Origin: Amphiscolops sp. MND2022
Taxonomy: Eukaryota
DNA length: 64,000 nucleotides
NCBI GenBank assembly: GCA_964187785.1
Contig: OZ076411.1
Coordinates: forward strand, 67,456,001 to 67,520,000
Reading direction: 5' to 3'
Both the position numbers and the translations under genes were made by a program. This document shows positions 37,382-47,664 of this stretch, one piece after another; the stretch's first letter is position 1; the number at the start of each line of letters is the position of its first letter. The notes below the pieces were generated by a model. It worked only from the letters and a program-made list of their open reading frames with translations, was not told where the DNA came from and made no database searches.

Positions 37382-38264
37382 GTTAGAAGGAGAATTTATT
37401 TCTCCAAGAACAAGATACATACAGTTATCAGCATTATATAGAAGAGATTTGGAGAGGATTGGTAACGAGATCAACAGATCTGCTTCTCAACCAGTTCTGG
37501 AAGTACTTAAAATACCTGAAAGTTCAACATGGACTATTCAACGACAAAAGATTCTAAGTTGAGAACAAAATTTTACCAAAAATGAATTTTGCCGCCCAAA
37601 AAAGCTCAAAAATAAAATCAGTGATTACAGCAGTGAGGCAGTTTTTCATTCGAGACCTTACAAAAATTAAGGTTTATAAAACATGCATTTAGATCTGTGA
37701 ATCGCATTGAAACCGGTTCGAAATTCTCGAACAAATCGGAGCTCGTACGCATTCTGATCATATTTTTGGATCCCCTTCCAGCCACTGATGACCGACCAGG
37801 TTGGTCCATGTTTAAATATGGGGATATGATATTTATGTGTTGCGCCATTAAGTTGAAAACATGTGTGGTTTACTGATCAAGAAAAATGCTATTGAGACCC
37901 AAGAGATGAAAGTCGTCAACATTCAGCTTCAGACAAAAGTTTGGTAATTATTGTTAAATTTGTAAAACCGAATCTGTCAAACTTTATGCTATAGTTTCAT
38001 CATTTTTCGTATAGAAAAACTGCCTGTTTGAAAGCGGTGCTTTTAAACGTTATTTTCACTCTCCATTCTCCTTTGTTGCTCTATTTCCAATGCTTTTTAG
38101 GAATCAGAAAAATTTTCGACAACTTTATGCAATCGTACCTTTTTTCTCCCGACCTTGCCATGAAATTTTTCAATTTTCTCAAAAACTGTCCATACAATTT
38201 TTTATAAAATTTAACAGTCTTTCTACGCCTGTGTGCGCAATGGCATCAAAGTCGTATGAGTGGG

Positions 38265-38571
38265 TGTTGAAGCACAACTAAAGCAAGCAGATGAAAGCTA
38301 GACATTCAAATCTCAAAGTATTCATGCTGACTAACACTCACATGCAAAAATGTATACTTCATTGATTTCGTAATTTGTTCATACTTTGTTCTCATTTCCC
38401 ACAATTTCTGTCACTTTAGTAAAAATCAGTCGAGTTAAAACTTTAACTTGCTCTCCCATTTTTCAACAAATTAGATTGATTCTAATTTAAACATTCAACA
38501 AATTAGATTGACTCTAATTTACAAATCGCAACAAATTAGATTGATTCTAATTTACAACTCACGGAACAACA
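38265..38571 (+). repeat. BEL 5' LTR (307 bp)
   Basis: TGTTGAAG...GAACAACA; only 3 mismatches to the 3' LTR seen by eye. Confidence 0.96.
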
Positions 38572-38574
38572 TTT

Positions 38575-38595
38575 TGGTACCGTATCGACCCGGGA
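38575..38595 (+). promoter_or_regulatory. BEL primer-binding site (tRNA-Phe/His-like, imperfect)
   Basis: TGGTACCGTATCGACCCGGGA, 3 nt after the LTR. tRNA identity uncertain. Confidence 0.6.
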
Positions 38596-38605
38596 AAAGC
38601 CAGAA

Positions 38606-41600
38606 TTGTTACTCACAATGTCTGCAAAGTACGCCGACAAAACACTTGACCAATTGAAGCGGTCAAGATCTGCAATGCTTGGTGTGATCACCAAACTCAG
38701 CAACGAAGCACAAGCTCTTTTGAAAAAGGAGAAAAGTAATCTGCTGGACGAAGACATTGACTTGCTGAATTACTGGAAGAAAAAGTTTGAAACCAAGGTT
38801 GAAGAAATTGCTCATCTAAATGCTGCTCTTGTCGAAGTTACACCAGACAATGATGCCGACATGGAAAGGGAGCTTGAAGATGCAGAAAATGCCGAACGAA
38901 AAAGTGGTACCCTTCTTGAAGCAGTCAGTCGCATTCTGGAACAATTTGAAGAAACTGATGCATCACTGGCACCAATTCAAGAACCAACAAATGCCACATC
39001 CAATAGTCACAGCAGCCATATCAAGATGCCCAAATTCGACCTGCCGAAATTCAATGGTGAATACAAGAAGTGGGTTCCGTTCTATGAACAGTTTATGGCC
39101 TCAGTTGATAATAACCCCAGTATTCCAGCAATTCAAAAATTCAATTATCTGAAAGCCTCACTAACCGACGAAGCTCTTCAATTAGTTGCTCACTTGCCGT
39201 TGTCAAGCTCGAATTATCCAATTGCTTTCAAGTCGCTTGTTGACCGCTATAACAATCCTAGATTGATTCTCAACAGTCCTTTGGATGTTATCTTCGATTT
39301 GAAGTCAATGAAGGGCGATTCGGCATCTGAGTTACGCAAATTGTTCGTCACTTTTGAAGAAAATTTGATGGCGATCAAGGCTCTAGAACTAGAGACAATT
39401 TAGAAGACTTCATTTGGGTACGAATGATTGCAGAAAGGTTGGATCAAGCTTCGAGAGCTCTTTGGGAAAACGACTACCCTGGTACCAAAACACAAACCCT
39501 GACGCAGTTACGAGAGTTTATTGGCAGAAGAGCTCAAGCTCTTGAATCAGCCACGAAATCAACTACCAAGGCTTCAGAATGTCCACATCTTAAATGTAAT
39601 TCTCAAAAGAAATCTCAACCTACTCAAAACTACAAGGCTAGTGTTGAAAAATGTCCTTGTTGTTCAGAAAGTCATAGAATTTATTCTTGCAAGAAATTCA
39701 CTAACATGAGTCCTAAGGACCGCAAAAATCTCGTTTGGACGTCGAAATTATGCTTTAATTGTCTGAACTCTGGTCACAGAACTAAGGAATGCAAGTCAAA
39801 GCATACCTGTAAAACATGCCATTCAAAACACAACTCGTTATTACACTTACCGGACGCAACAAAAGGAGCTGTTTCTGGCTCACTTACCACAAATCAGGCG
39901 ACTGCTGGAATTGCCTCTGGCATCGTTCCTACCGCAATGGTTCCCGTTGAAGATGATTCTTCAAAAATCACCATGTGTCGAGCCATGATCGACACCGGAT
40001 CACAGATCAGTTTGATCTCAGAGTCCGCAGTGCAGCGGATGAATTTGAAACGTCATAAGCAGACACTTACCATTAATGGAATTGGAAATGTTTCCAAAAC
40101 TTACCGCTCCGGCAGTGTTAGCCTGCGATTGAAACCAAGTTCTGGTCATAGTGTCATCACAGTTAATGCATATGTCTTACCCAGCCTTACCCAAGTTCTA
40201 CCTGAACGCGAATTCAGCATCGCCAAATGTTTCCAATTGAGGTCAGTGGATTTAGCAGACCCTGAATTCAATAAACCCAGAAAAGTGGAAATGATCTTGG
40301 GCTCTGATGTTGCAGAGCAAATTTTCCTTGACGGAAAATTTCAAGAAGACAATGGTCTTCATTTCAGAAACACCATATTTGGCTGGACTGCATCTGGTGT
40401 TACAAGAGACCATCAATCAAATATCGTCACCACCTCACTCTGCATCACCAACTCCTTCAACTTGAAACAATTTTGGGAGCTTGAGGAAGTCCCTGAGGCA
40501 AAAAGGTACAGTGATGAAGAAATTGCTTGTGAGAAGCATTTCAAGGAAACTACCTACATCGAAGATAACAGATTTCATGTTGGTATGCCTTTCAAACCTG
40601 ACAGCTCTCCATTGGGAGATACTTTCACTCAAGCGAAACGTCGTTTTCTAAATCTTGAAAAACGTCTAGATTCAAATCCTAATCTTAAAAAAGGATACAC
40701 AGAATTCATTCACGAATTCATCGATCTCAATCATCTGGAACCTGTACCTGACAATGAAATTGCAAAACCTGATCATCAATTGAACTTCTTGCCGCATCAT
40801 TGTGTTCACAAGGAGGATTCAACTACCACAAAGTTGCGTGTGGTATTCGACGGATCTGCCAAATCCAGTAATGGCAACTCACTCAATGGTTCTCTCATGG
40901 TAGGGCCAACAGTACAGCAAGATTTGTTTTCAATTCTTATTCGTTTTCGGTTGCATAAAGTTGCTCTATCGGGAGATATCGCAAAAATGTACCGACAAAT
41001 TGCATTAGACCCAGCTGCAAAAGATTTTCAGACTTTTATGGAGGGATTCAAACACAGACTTCATCAAGCAGTTTCGAATGACTCGTGTTACCTACGGAAT
41101 TGCTTCCTCGGCATTTCATTCAACTCGAAGTGTGGTAGAAGTCGCCAATCTGTGTAAAGACCAAGTTCTCGCTCAATCAATAAAAAACGATTTCTATGTT
41201 GATGACTATTTATCTGGTGCCGAATCAACTGAAGATGCAAAAACGAAAGTAGATGAAATTTGCGCAGTTCTGAACACTTATGGATTTGAGCTACGGAAAT
41301 GGGCGTCTAGTCATCATGAAATCACCTTGTCTTTGCCAGAAAATCTACGAGAAAGCACCAACCAAGAAAAATTCATGGACAACAATTACAAAATAAAAAC
41401 GCTGGGTGTGTCATGGAAACCCAACTCAGATCACTTCGGTTTCTACTCAAATTTGACAATTCAAGGGAATGTGACTAAACGACAGTTACTCTCAGAGACA
41501 GCGAAGTTGTTCGACCCAGTTGGGTGGCTTTCTCCCATTGTCATCAGATTTAAGGTTTTACTTCAAAAACTCTGGGTACAAGGTATTGAATGGGACCAAC

Positions 41601-43819
41601 TTGTATCTAAAGAAATTCAGAATGAATGGGAACAAATAAAAGATGACTTGCCCAATTTGGCAGAACTCAAGCTACAGCGATGTATCTCTCCTCAAGGGAA
41701 AATCGCGAATGTTCAACTTCATTTGTTTACAGATGCCTCTGAAATGGCATATGCCGCTGTCATCTACGCACGGATAACAGATATTGACAGGCATATTGTC
41801 TCGAAACTCGTCGCAAGCAAGACACGGGTTGCACCCATCAAAACAGTCTCTTTGCCTCGATTGGAACTTTGTGCTGCCCATCTTGGAATCAAGCTACTTG
41901 TCAAAATCAAGAAAATCTTTGCACTCACAAATCTACCAAGCCCAACTATCTATGGATGGACTGATTCCACGATAGTTCTCCAATGGCTTTCGCAGCTACC
42001 ACGAACATGGACCTGTTTCGTCGCCAATAGTGTCCGAAATTCAGCAAACTCTTCCTCGAGAAAATTGGTATCACGTCAAGTCCAACTTGAACCCGGCAGA
42101 CTGTGCATCAAGAGGGATGATGGTCCAAGACTTACTCAAGCATGACCTCTGGTGGTTCGGTCCCAATTGGTTATTGCATCCAGAGGACACTTGGCCTCAA
42201 TTATCTTCAAAAATCGATGATGAAATGCGAAAAATTGTTCAAACAGAACAAAAGCATAAAATCAACACTACTACAGTCACTGCCTCTCAAGTCGCGGAGC
42301 CTCTATTTGACATTAAACAATACAGCACTCTCAGCAAAGTCTTTCGTGTAGCAACAAACGTGCATTTAGCTATTGACTTACTTCAAAGGGTCAATAATCA
42401 TCTGAGTCTTACTCCCTCAAGACTCGCAAAAGCGAAGGATCTCATCATTTCACTTCACCAACAAGAGTTCTTCACAGAAGATTTCTTTCGTTTGAAAGCT
42501 GGGCAGGAAGTAAGCAGAAAAAGCAAGCTTCTCAACTTATGTCCTTTCTATGATGGAGATACTGGCACAATCCGCGTTGGTGGTAGATTATCACAAAGTT
42601 CACTCGCCGAGTTTCAAAAATTTCCTCATCTCATTCACCCTGATTCTCATCTGGCAGTACTGATTTTACGGCATTTTCATGAAGCTACCCTTCATGGCGG
42701 GGGGCAGCTAACGCTCAACTCCAGCAGATCAGAATACTGGATAGTTCGAGGTAAAACTGTTGCTAACAAATTTATCCGGAAATGTGTCAAATGCAGTCGA
42801 TTCTCTAGTGAAATTCCAGCTCAACTTATGGCTGGCTTACCTTCCGAGAGAGTTACGCCTACCAAACCTTTCGTTATTGTTGGTATTGATTTGGCAGGAC
42901 CTATTATCATCAAGCCAGACAACAAGACATGGATTGCAGTTTTCGTTTGCTTTTCCACAAAGGCTGTTCACATAGAATTAGTCACTGATTTGACAAAAGA
43001 TTCTTGCATCGCAGCTTTGAAACGATTCGTTGCAAGGCGTGGACTACCAGAAAAGATTTTCAGTGACAATGGTACCAATTTCATTGGAGCCAGAAATGAT
43101 ATTGCGAAAGTTCAAAGTCTTTTCAGTAAAGACACAAATGAAAATTCAATCAAAAATTGCATCAATAGTCGTGGAATTGAATGGATCACTATTCCACCTA
43201 GAGCTCCACACTTCGGTGGACTCTGGGAAGCAGCTATTAAGTCAATGAAACGACACTTGAGGCGTTGTGTGGGTACGCAAATCTTGACTCATGATGAATT
43301 GAACACTTTCGTTATTCAAATCGAAGGAATTCTAAATTCTAGACCTCTCACTGCAATGTCTGCTGACCCCAATGATTTACAGCCGCTCACTCCAGCTCAC
43401 TTCATACTGGGACGAGGGATGAACGATTTACTTTCGCTGACTGCAAGTGGAAGTGATGAAAACTTACATCTCAATGTCAGATTGAAGCTTCTGGAAAAAT
43501 TGAAATCTTTTGGAAGTCTTGGCATCGAGATTACTTGGCTACGCTAAAATTACGAAAACGATGGCTCACAAGCGGTCCAGAATTCGCAAAAGGTGATTTA
43601 GTTTTGATTGCTGAGGACAATCAACCTCCTTTGCACTGGAAAATGGCTCGTGTAATAGATCTTTTTTCTGGTAATGACGAGATAAATCGTGTTGCAAAAG
43701 TCAGAACAACCAGTGGAACCCTGATGCGGGCAATAGTCAAGCTTAGAAAGCTCCCCATAGATCCCCCGCAAGCTACATCAGGTCCTGACTTGGTCAGAGA
43801 TGCAACAACTCTAACTTAA
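38606..43819 (+). pseudogene. gag-pol: BEL/Pao gag-pol polyprotein, broken by four frameshifts
   Basis: KMPKFDLPKFNGEYKKW (gag); three Cys/His knuckles; AMIDTGSQ (PR); YVDDYL (RT); FTDASEMAY (RNase H); H...HGG...CVKC, GIDLAGP, SDNGTNF, GGLWE (INT); GDLVLIAED...WKMARV (C-terminal). Frame changes near 39390, 41030, 42030 and 43500. Confidence 0.96.
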
Positions 43820-43864
43820 AAGAAGTGAAGTACATCAGAGCAAAAATGGGGCATGTTATTCAGA

Positions 43865-44800
43865 CAACTTTTTCGGTCCCGAATTTTGTTGTTACATTAT
43901 ACAGACGCATGGACCACCTTAAATGACGCCCTAGCATTTCTGTGAAAATGTCTTGGGAGCCGAATTTTCGATTTCGGTCTCTATTTGAAGTTATAGTAAT
44001 TTGATGCGTCTTACCTCTATTTCGGAATACCGAAATACCTGATGTTTTTTCGGTCCCGAATTTTGTTGTTACATTATACAGACGCATGGACCACCTTAAA
44101 TGACGCCCTAGCATCTCTGTGAAAATGTCTTGGGAGCCGAATTTTCGATTTCGGTCTCTATTTGAAGTTATAGTAATTTGATGTGTCTCACCTCTATTTC
44201 GGAATACCGAAATACTTGATGTTTTTTCGGTCCCTAATTTTATTGGTACAGTTTACGGATATACGAACCTCGCTAAATGGCGCCCTGGCATCCCCGTGAA
44301 AGGTCCTAGGAAGCCGAATTTTCGATTTCGACTTACATCCAAAGTTATGTCCGTTTGACTTCAGGTTCACCCCAATATTTTACCTCAGAATTGACAATTA
44401 TTCACCTTATTTCGTTTCACCTGTTTACATTTGGTCTTTTCTAGGCCTTTCTGATTTCCTACTATCACCAGCTGTTTCATGGATCGAAATTAACAGCCAC
44501 TTACCCATTTGACTCAAGAAATTCAATCCTAATCAAACAAATTTCGTACTTTTAATGAAATTCGACATAAATCAACGGATGTTTTTCCGGTCCCGAATGA
44601 AGATCATGTACTTCCAGATGCTGGTTTTACGCTCAAAGGCTTCCTAAAAGCCCCCTGCAGAAAGTCTGTGAAGCCGAATGTTGAATTTTTGATTATAACT
44701 AAAGTTATCTCCATTTTGACCTGTATTACAACTGGTTTGGGATTCTGAAATATTCAATGTTTTTTTTTCGGTCCCGAATAACATTGAAAATTCTTCCAAC
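43865..44800 (+). repeat. ~177-180-bp tandem array inside the BEL 3' region
   Basis: cggtccc anchors at 43874, 44051, 44228, 44588 and 44768. Units 1-2 are near-identical; later units are diverged. Confidence 0.85.
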
Positions 44801-45382
44801 CGTATAGGTGGTCGCAATCGACGCCCAAGATTGCTGTCAACAACCTCCTGAGGCGGGATTTTTTATTTTCAAGTTATATTACAAGAAAATCTTACATACA
44901 GTTATCAAATTATCATTTGGAATCAGTCAACAGAAAAATAAATTCAAAGAACAGAAGAACTTCAACTCACCTTGGATTCTGCAGTTTGTTGCAGCTATAC
45001 AGGCTTCGGCGGAGCTTCGGCAGATCAAGCTCAGAGGCACCGACCAATGAAATTTATTTATCATCAAATGTAATATTGGATATTTTACTTATACAACCTA
45101 CCGAAATGTGGATGTTCGCATTTATATTTATCAGTAGCAGACAATCTCTATTGGTTTTATCATCATTCTCGAAATTATAGTTATTTCAAATCTCTCAATC
45201 CCCATAATCTAGCAGACGTGGCTTGCGGTCTAACTGGTTCATTATCAATTCATCATTATGGAATTTCAGTTCAACTCACTTCTTATGGAAATTCATACAT
45301 GCACTCGTGACTCATTCAAATGGTTGAAAAATCAAATGACTCATTCGATCATTTATTCTGTTCATATGGAAGTAACAAAATT

Positions 45383-46774
45383 TCACAGTTCGTCACGAGG
45401 CATGCACTCTTCAACTGCAGCAAGAGGAAGATCTAATTCTTCATCAGACGTAAACTCTAGAAGAGCTGGCGCCTCCGAAGAAGTTAGATCCCCCTTTTTT
45501 AGGTTAGCCAGCAAGCGATTTTTCTTTCTTCGGGACTTCGCTGACAGCTCCAATTTGGGAACTGGAAGGTGAGCTTCCAAATTGAAACCATAGTTAACGA
45601 AGGCCTCAAAGTGTTCCAGTACATCACTCCGAGAGAGGAAAGATCTAACAGACGTCTCAGTACGGGAAAGAGAAATTGCTGGATTCAGACTGACTTGAAC
45701 TTGAAACTTACGCCAGGCTGCCAGTGCAAGCTTCCAGTCCCTGACAGTCAGAAGTGACAACAACTTATGCTTTCCGTACCTCTTCAACCACTGTGAAATA
45801 TAGCCTCTTCCGCAACCCGTACTGAAACTGTTAAAAACAATGCTTGCTCGCCTAGTGTCGCGCAAATCCAGTCCTTCCCAACCATGCACAAGTGCCCATC
45901 GAGTAGAACCATCAGCAGCAAAAGCTCTACCCGTTAGAACACAATGCGCATAGCAAGCAGGCTGAATTAACACGTCACCTTCTTCAGCTAAGTGAAACCG
46001 CAAACCACGAATGTTTCTTTTGTTCTGCTTATGCGTTTTCGAACGTTCTGACTTTGCACCCATCAAGAGCTGATAAAAATGATCAAAGCTTTGAATGGAC
46101 ATAAGGAATCTGGAAGAGCCAATATTGGTAGCTACGATCCACAGCTTGCGGCCGGACGATAGCTTGGCAATACTCTCTCCCCCAGCTGGTTCAATATGTC
46201 CACATGTCATCCAAGGCCCCTTCGCTGCTAAAAGTGCCTTGGATCCAACTTTGATGTAGTCCGGAGCAAGACAATTGACAGCCGAGTCAGGCAACACAAA
46301 CGAGCACGTTCTGCTGCCCTCAAAACCCCGGTTGTCCCTTCCCTTGCTGCGACTTGTAACAGTGGCTCCTGCTGACTGCAAAAAGTCCGAGAACGCACAA
46401 GCACCCTTGTTCCAAAGTGACTTGACTCTGGGAGCCAAATCACAGAGACTGTCTGCTGCAGCGCCTCGAACCACCGTGGGGACAGTTGGAAATTTGATCC
46501 CCCAGCTGAAGATGGAGACCACCAACAGTGGAAGAATTCCCCTCTGTCGCCACGCCAATCCTCCACGCTGCTCCACTTCAGCGAACACCTCCTCAACACG
46601 ACTCTCTCCTGGGACTGTTGGAGGCACCTCCTCGTCGTCACTAACCTCCGCACCCGCGTCCACCGTTTCCTTTGGATTCATTGCAAAATCTGAAATCATT
46701 AAAGAATCTACCGATCCTTCAAGGCGGGCGGTATGTTGAAGCACAACTAAAGCAAGCAGATGAAAGCTAGACAT
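45383..46774 (-). CDS. JmjC-domain 2-oxoglutarate/Fe(II) dioxygenase-like protein encoded antisense inside the BEL element (463 aa from ATG 46774; 432 aa from ATG 46681)
   Basis: Uninterrupted ORF: PTVVRGA...KGPWMTCGHIEPAGGESIAKLSSGRKLWIVA...FHLAEEGDVLIQPACYAHCVLT. This gives T(-3), H, E(+2), K(+17) and a distal H(+84). Basic KSRRKKNR near the C-terminus; AATAAA on the minus strand at 45053-45058. Confidence 0.85.
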   Translation of the reverse strand: MSSFHLLALVVLQHTARLEGSVDSLMISDFAMNPKETVDAGAEVSDDEEVPPTVPGESRVEEVFAEVEQRGGLAWRQRGILPLLVVSIFSWGIKFPTVPTVVRGAAADSLCDLAPRVKSLWNKGACAFSDFLQSAGATVTSRSKGRDNRGFEGSRTCSFVLPDSAVNCLAPDYIKVGSKALLAAKGPWMTCGHIEPAGGESIAKLSSGRKLWIVATNIGSSRFLMSIQSFDHFYQLLMGAKSERSKTHKQNKRNIRGLRFHLAEEGDVLIQPACYAHCVLTGRAFAADGSTRWALVHGWEGLDLRDTRRASIVFNSFSTGCGRGYISQWLKRYGKHKLLSLLTVRDWKLALAAWRKFQVQVSLNPAISLSRTETSVRSFLSRSDVLEHFEAFVNYGFNLEAHLPVPKLELSAKSRRKKNRLLANLKKGDLTSSEAPALLEFTSDEELDLPLAAVEECMPRDEL

Positions 46775-47040
46775 TCAAATCTCAAACTATTCATGCTGAC
46801 TAACACTCACATGCAAAAATGTATTTTTCATTGATTTCGTAATTTGTTCATACTTTGTTCTCATTTCCCACAATTTCTGTCACTTTAGTAAAAATCAGTC
46901 GAGTTAAAACTTTAACTTGCTCTCCCATTTTTCAACAAATTAGATTGATTCTAATTTAAACATTCAACAAATTAGATTGACTCTAATTTACAAATCGCAA
47001 CAAATTAGATTGATTCTAATTTACAACTCACGGAACAACA
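46734..47040 (+). repeat. BEL 3' LTR (307 bp)
   Basis: Near-identical to 38265-38571, followed by TSD gtggg. Confidence 0.96.
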
Positions 47041-47579
47041 GTGGGATTTGAGAAACATAGCCAAAGTTAGCCCAAAAAAGGCCAAAAACAGTCATTTTAG
47101 ATTTTCATTTTGACCAAAACGATTTGAAAGAACTTTTATGGAGTCTTTCTACACTATAAAAGGGCTTAAGTGTCCAATTTCATCAGAATCGTGTGACTGG
47201 CATTCGAGCAAGTCGGAAGGAAAAAAATCTTAATTCTACCCCTTGATCACACATGCTGCTCTGGTTATTGTTTCAAATGTTGCTCATTTTCAATCCATTT
47301 CGGCTTTTGATTTAGCTAAGCTTTCCGACTTGCCCCCTCTTCAACAAGCGCTCAAACATTCGTTGTTTACCCTAAACTCGGTATTGCAGTACGCACTGTC
47401 CTCTTTGTAATTTCTGATAGAGAAGAAAGCGAAGAAGAGAAAAGAACACAGTATGATGTCTAAAACGTAGATCAGTACGGAGCAAATTGTAATTACTGTG
47501 TATTTATTCATCAACCTGCTAAAGTTTGAATCTCCTGTATTGATTCGACGATACTTCAATAATTTCAATGATTTTTCAG

Positions 47580-47664
47580 ACCTGCAGAACTCGAGAATTT
47601 TCACGCTTCAGTCTGAGTTCGACGAAGAGGCTCAGATTCTGAAGAAAGAATATGACATAGAACG
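47580..47664 (+). CDS. CCDC65: DRC2 coding exon 3
   Basis: tcAG|(D)LQNSRIFTLQSEFDEEAQILKKEYDIE(R)|GT. Phases 1 in and 2 out fit the flanking exons. Confidence 0.88.

Larger units (their letters stand above)
38265..47040 (+). mobile_element. Full-length BEL/Pao LTR retrotransposon (8776 bp) in DRC2 intron 2, TSD GTGGG
   Basis: 307-bp TG...CA LTRs, gtggg at 38260-38264 and 47041-47045, PBS, PPT-like aaggcgggcgg before the 3' LTR, and Pao-type gag-pol. Confidence 0.97.

Noticed and set aside
43865-44800. CRISPR-like array
   Set aside because: Eukaryotic context; whole ~177-bp units repeat with no unique spacers and no cas genes.
46228-46739. Alternative-frame ORFs overlapping the JmjC gene
   Set aside because: Shadows of the GC-richer coding sequence; only the 45383-46774 frame carries conserved motifs.
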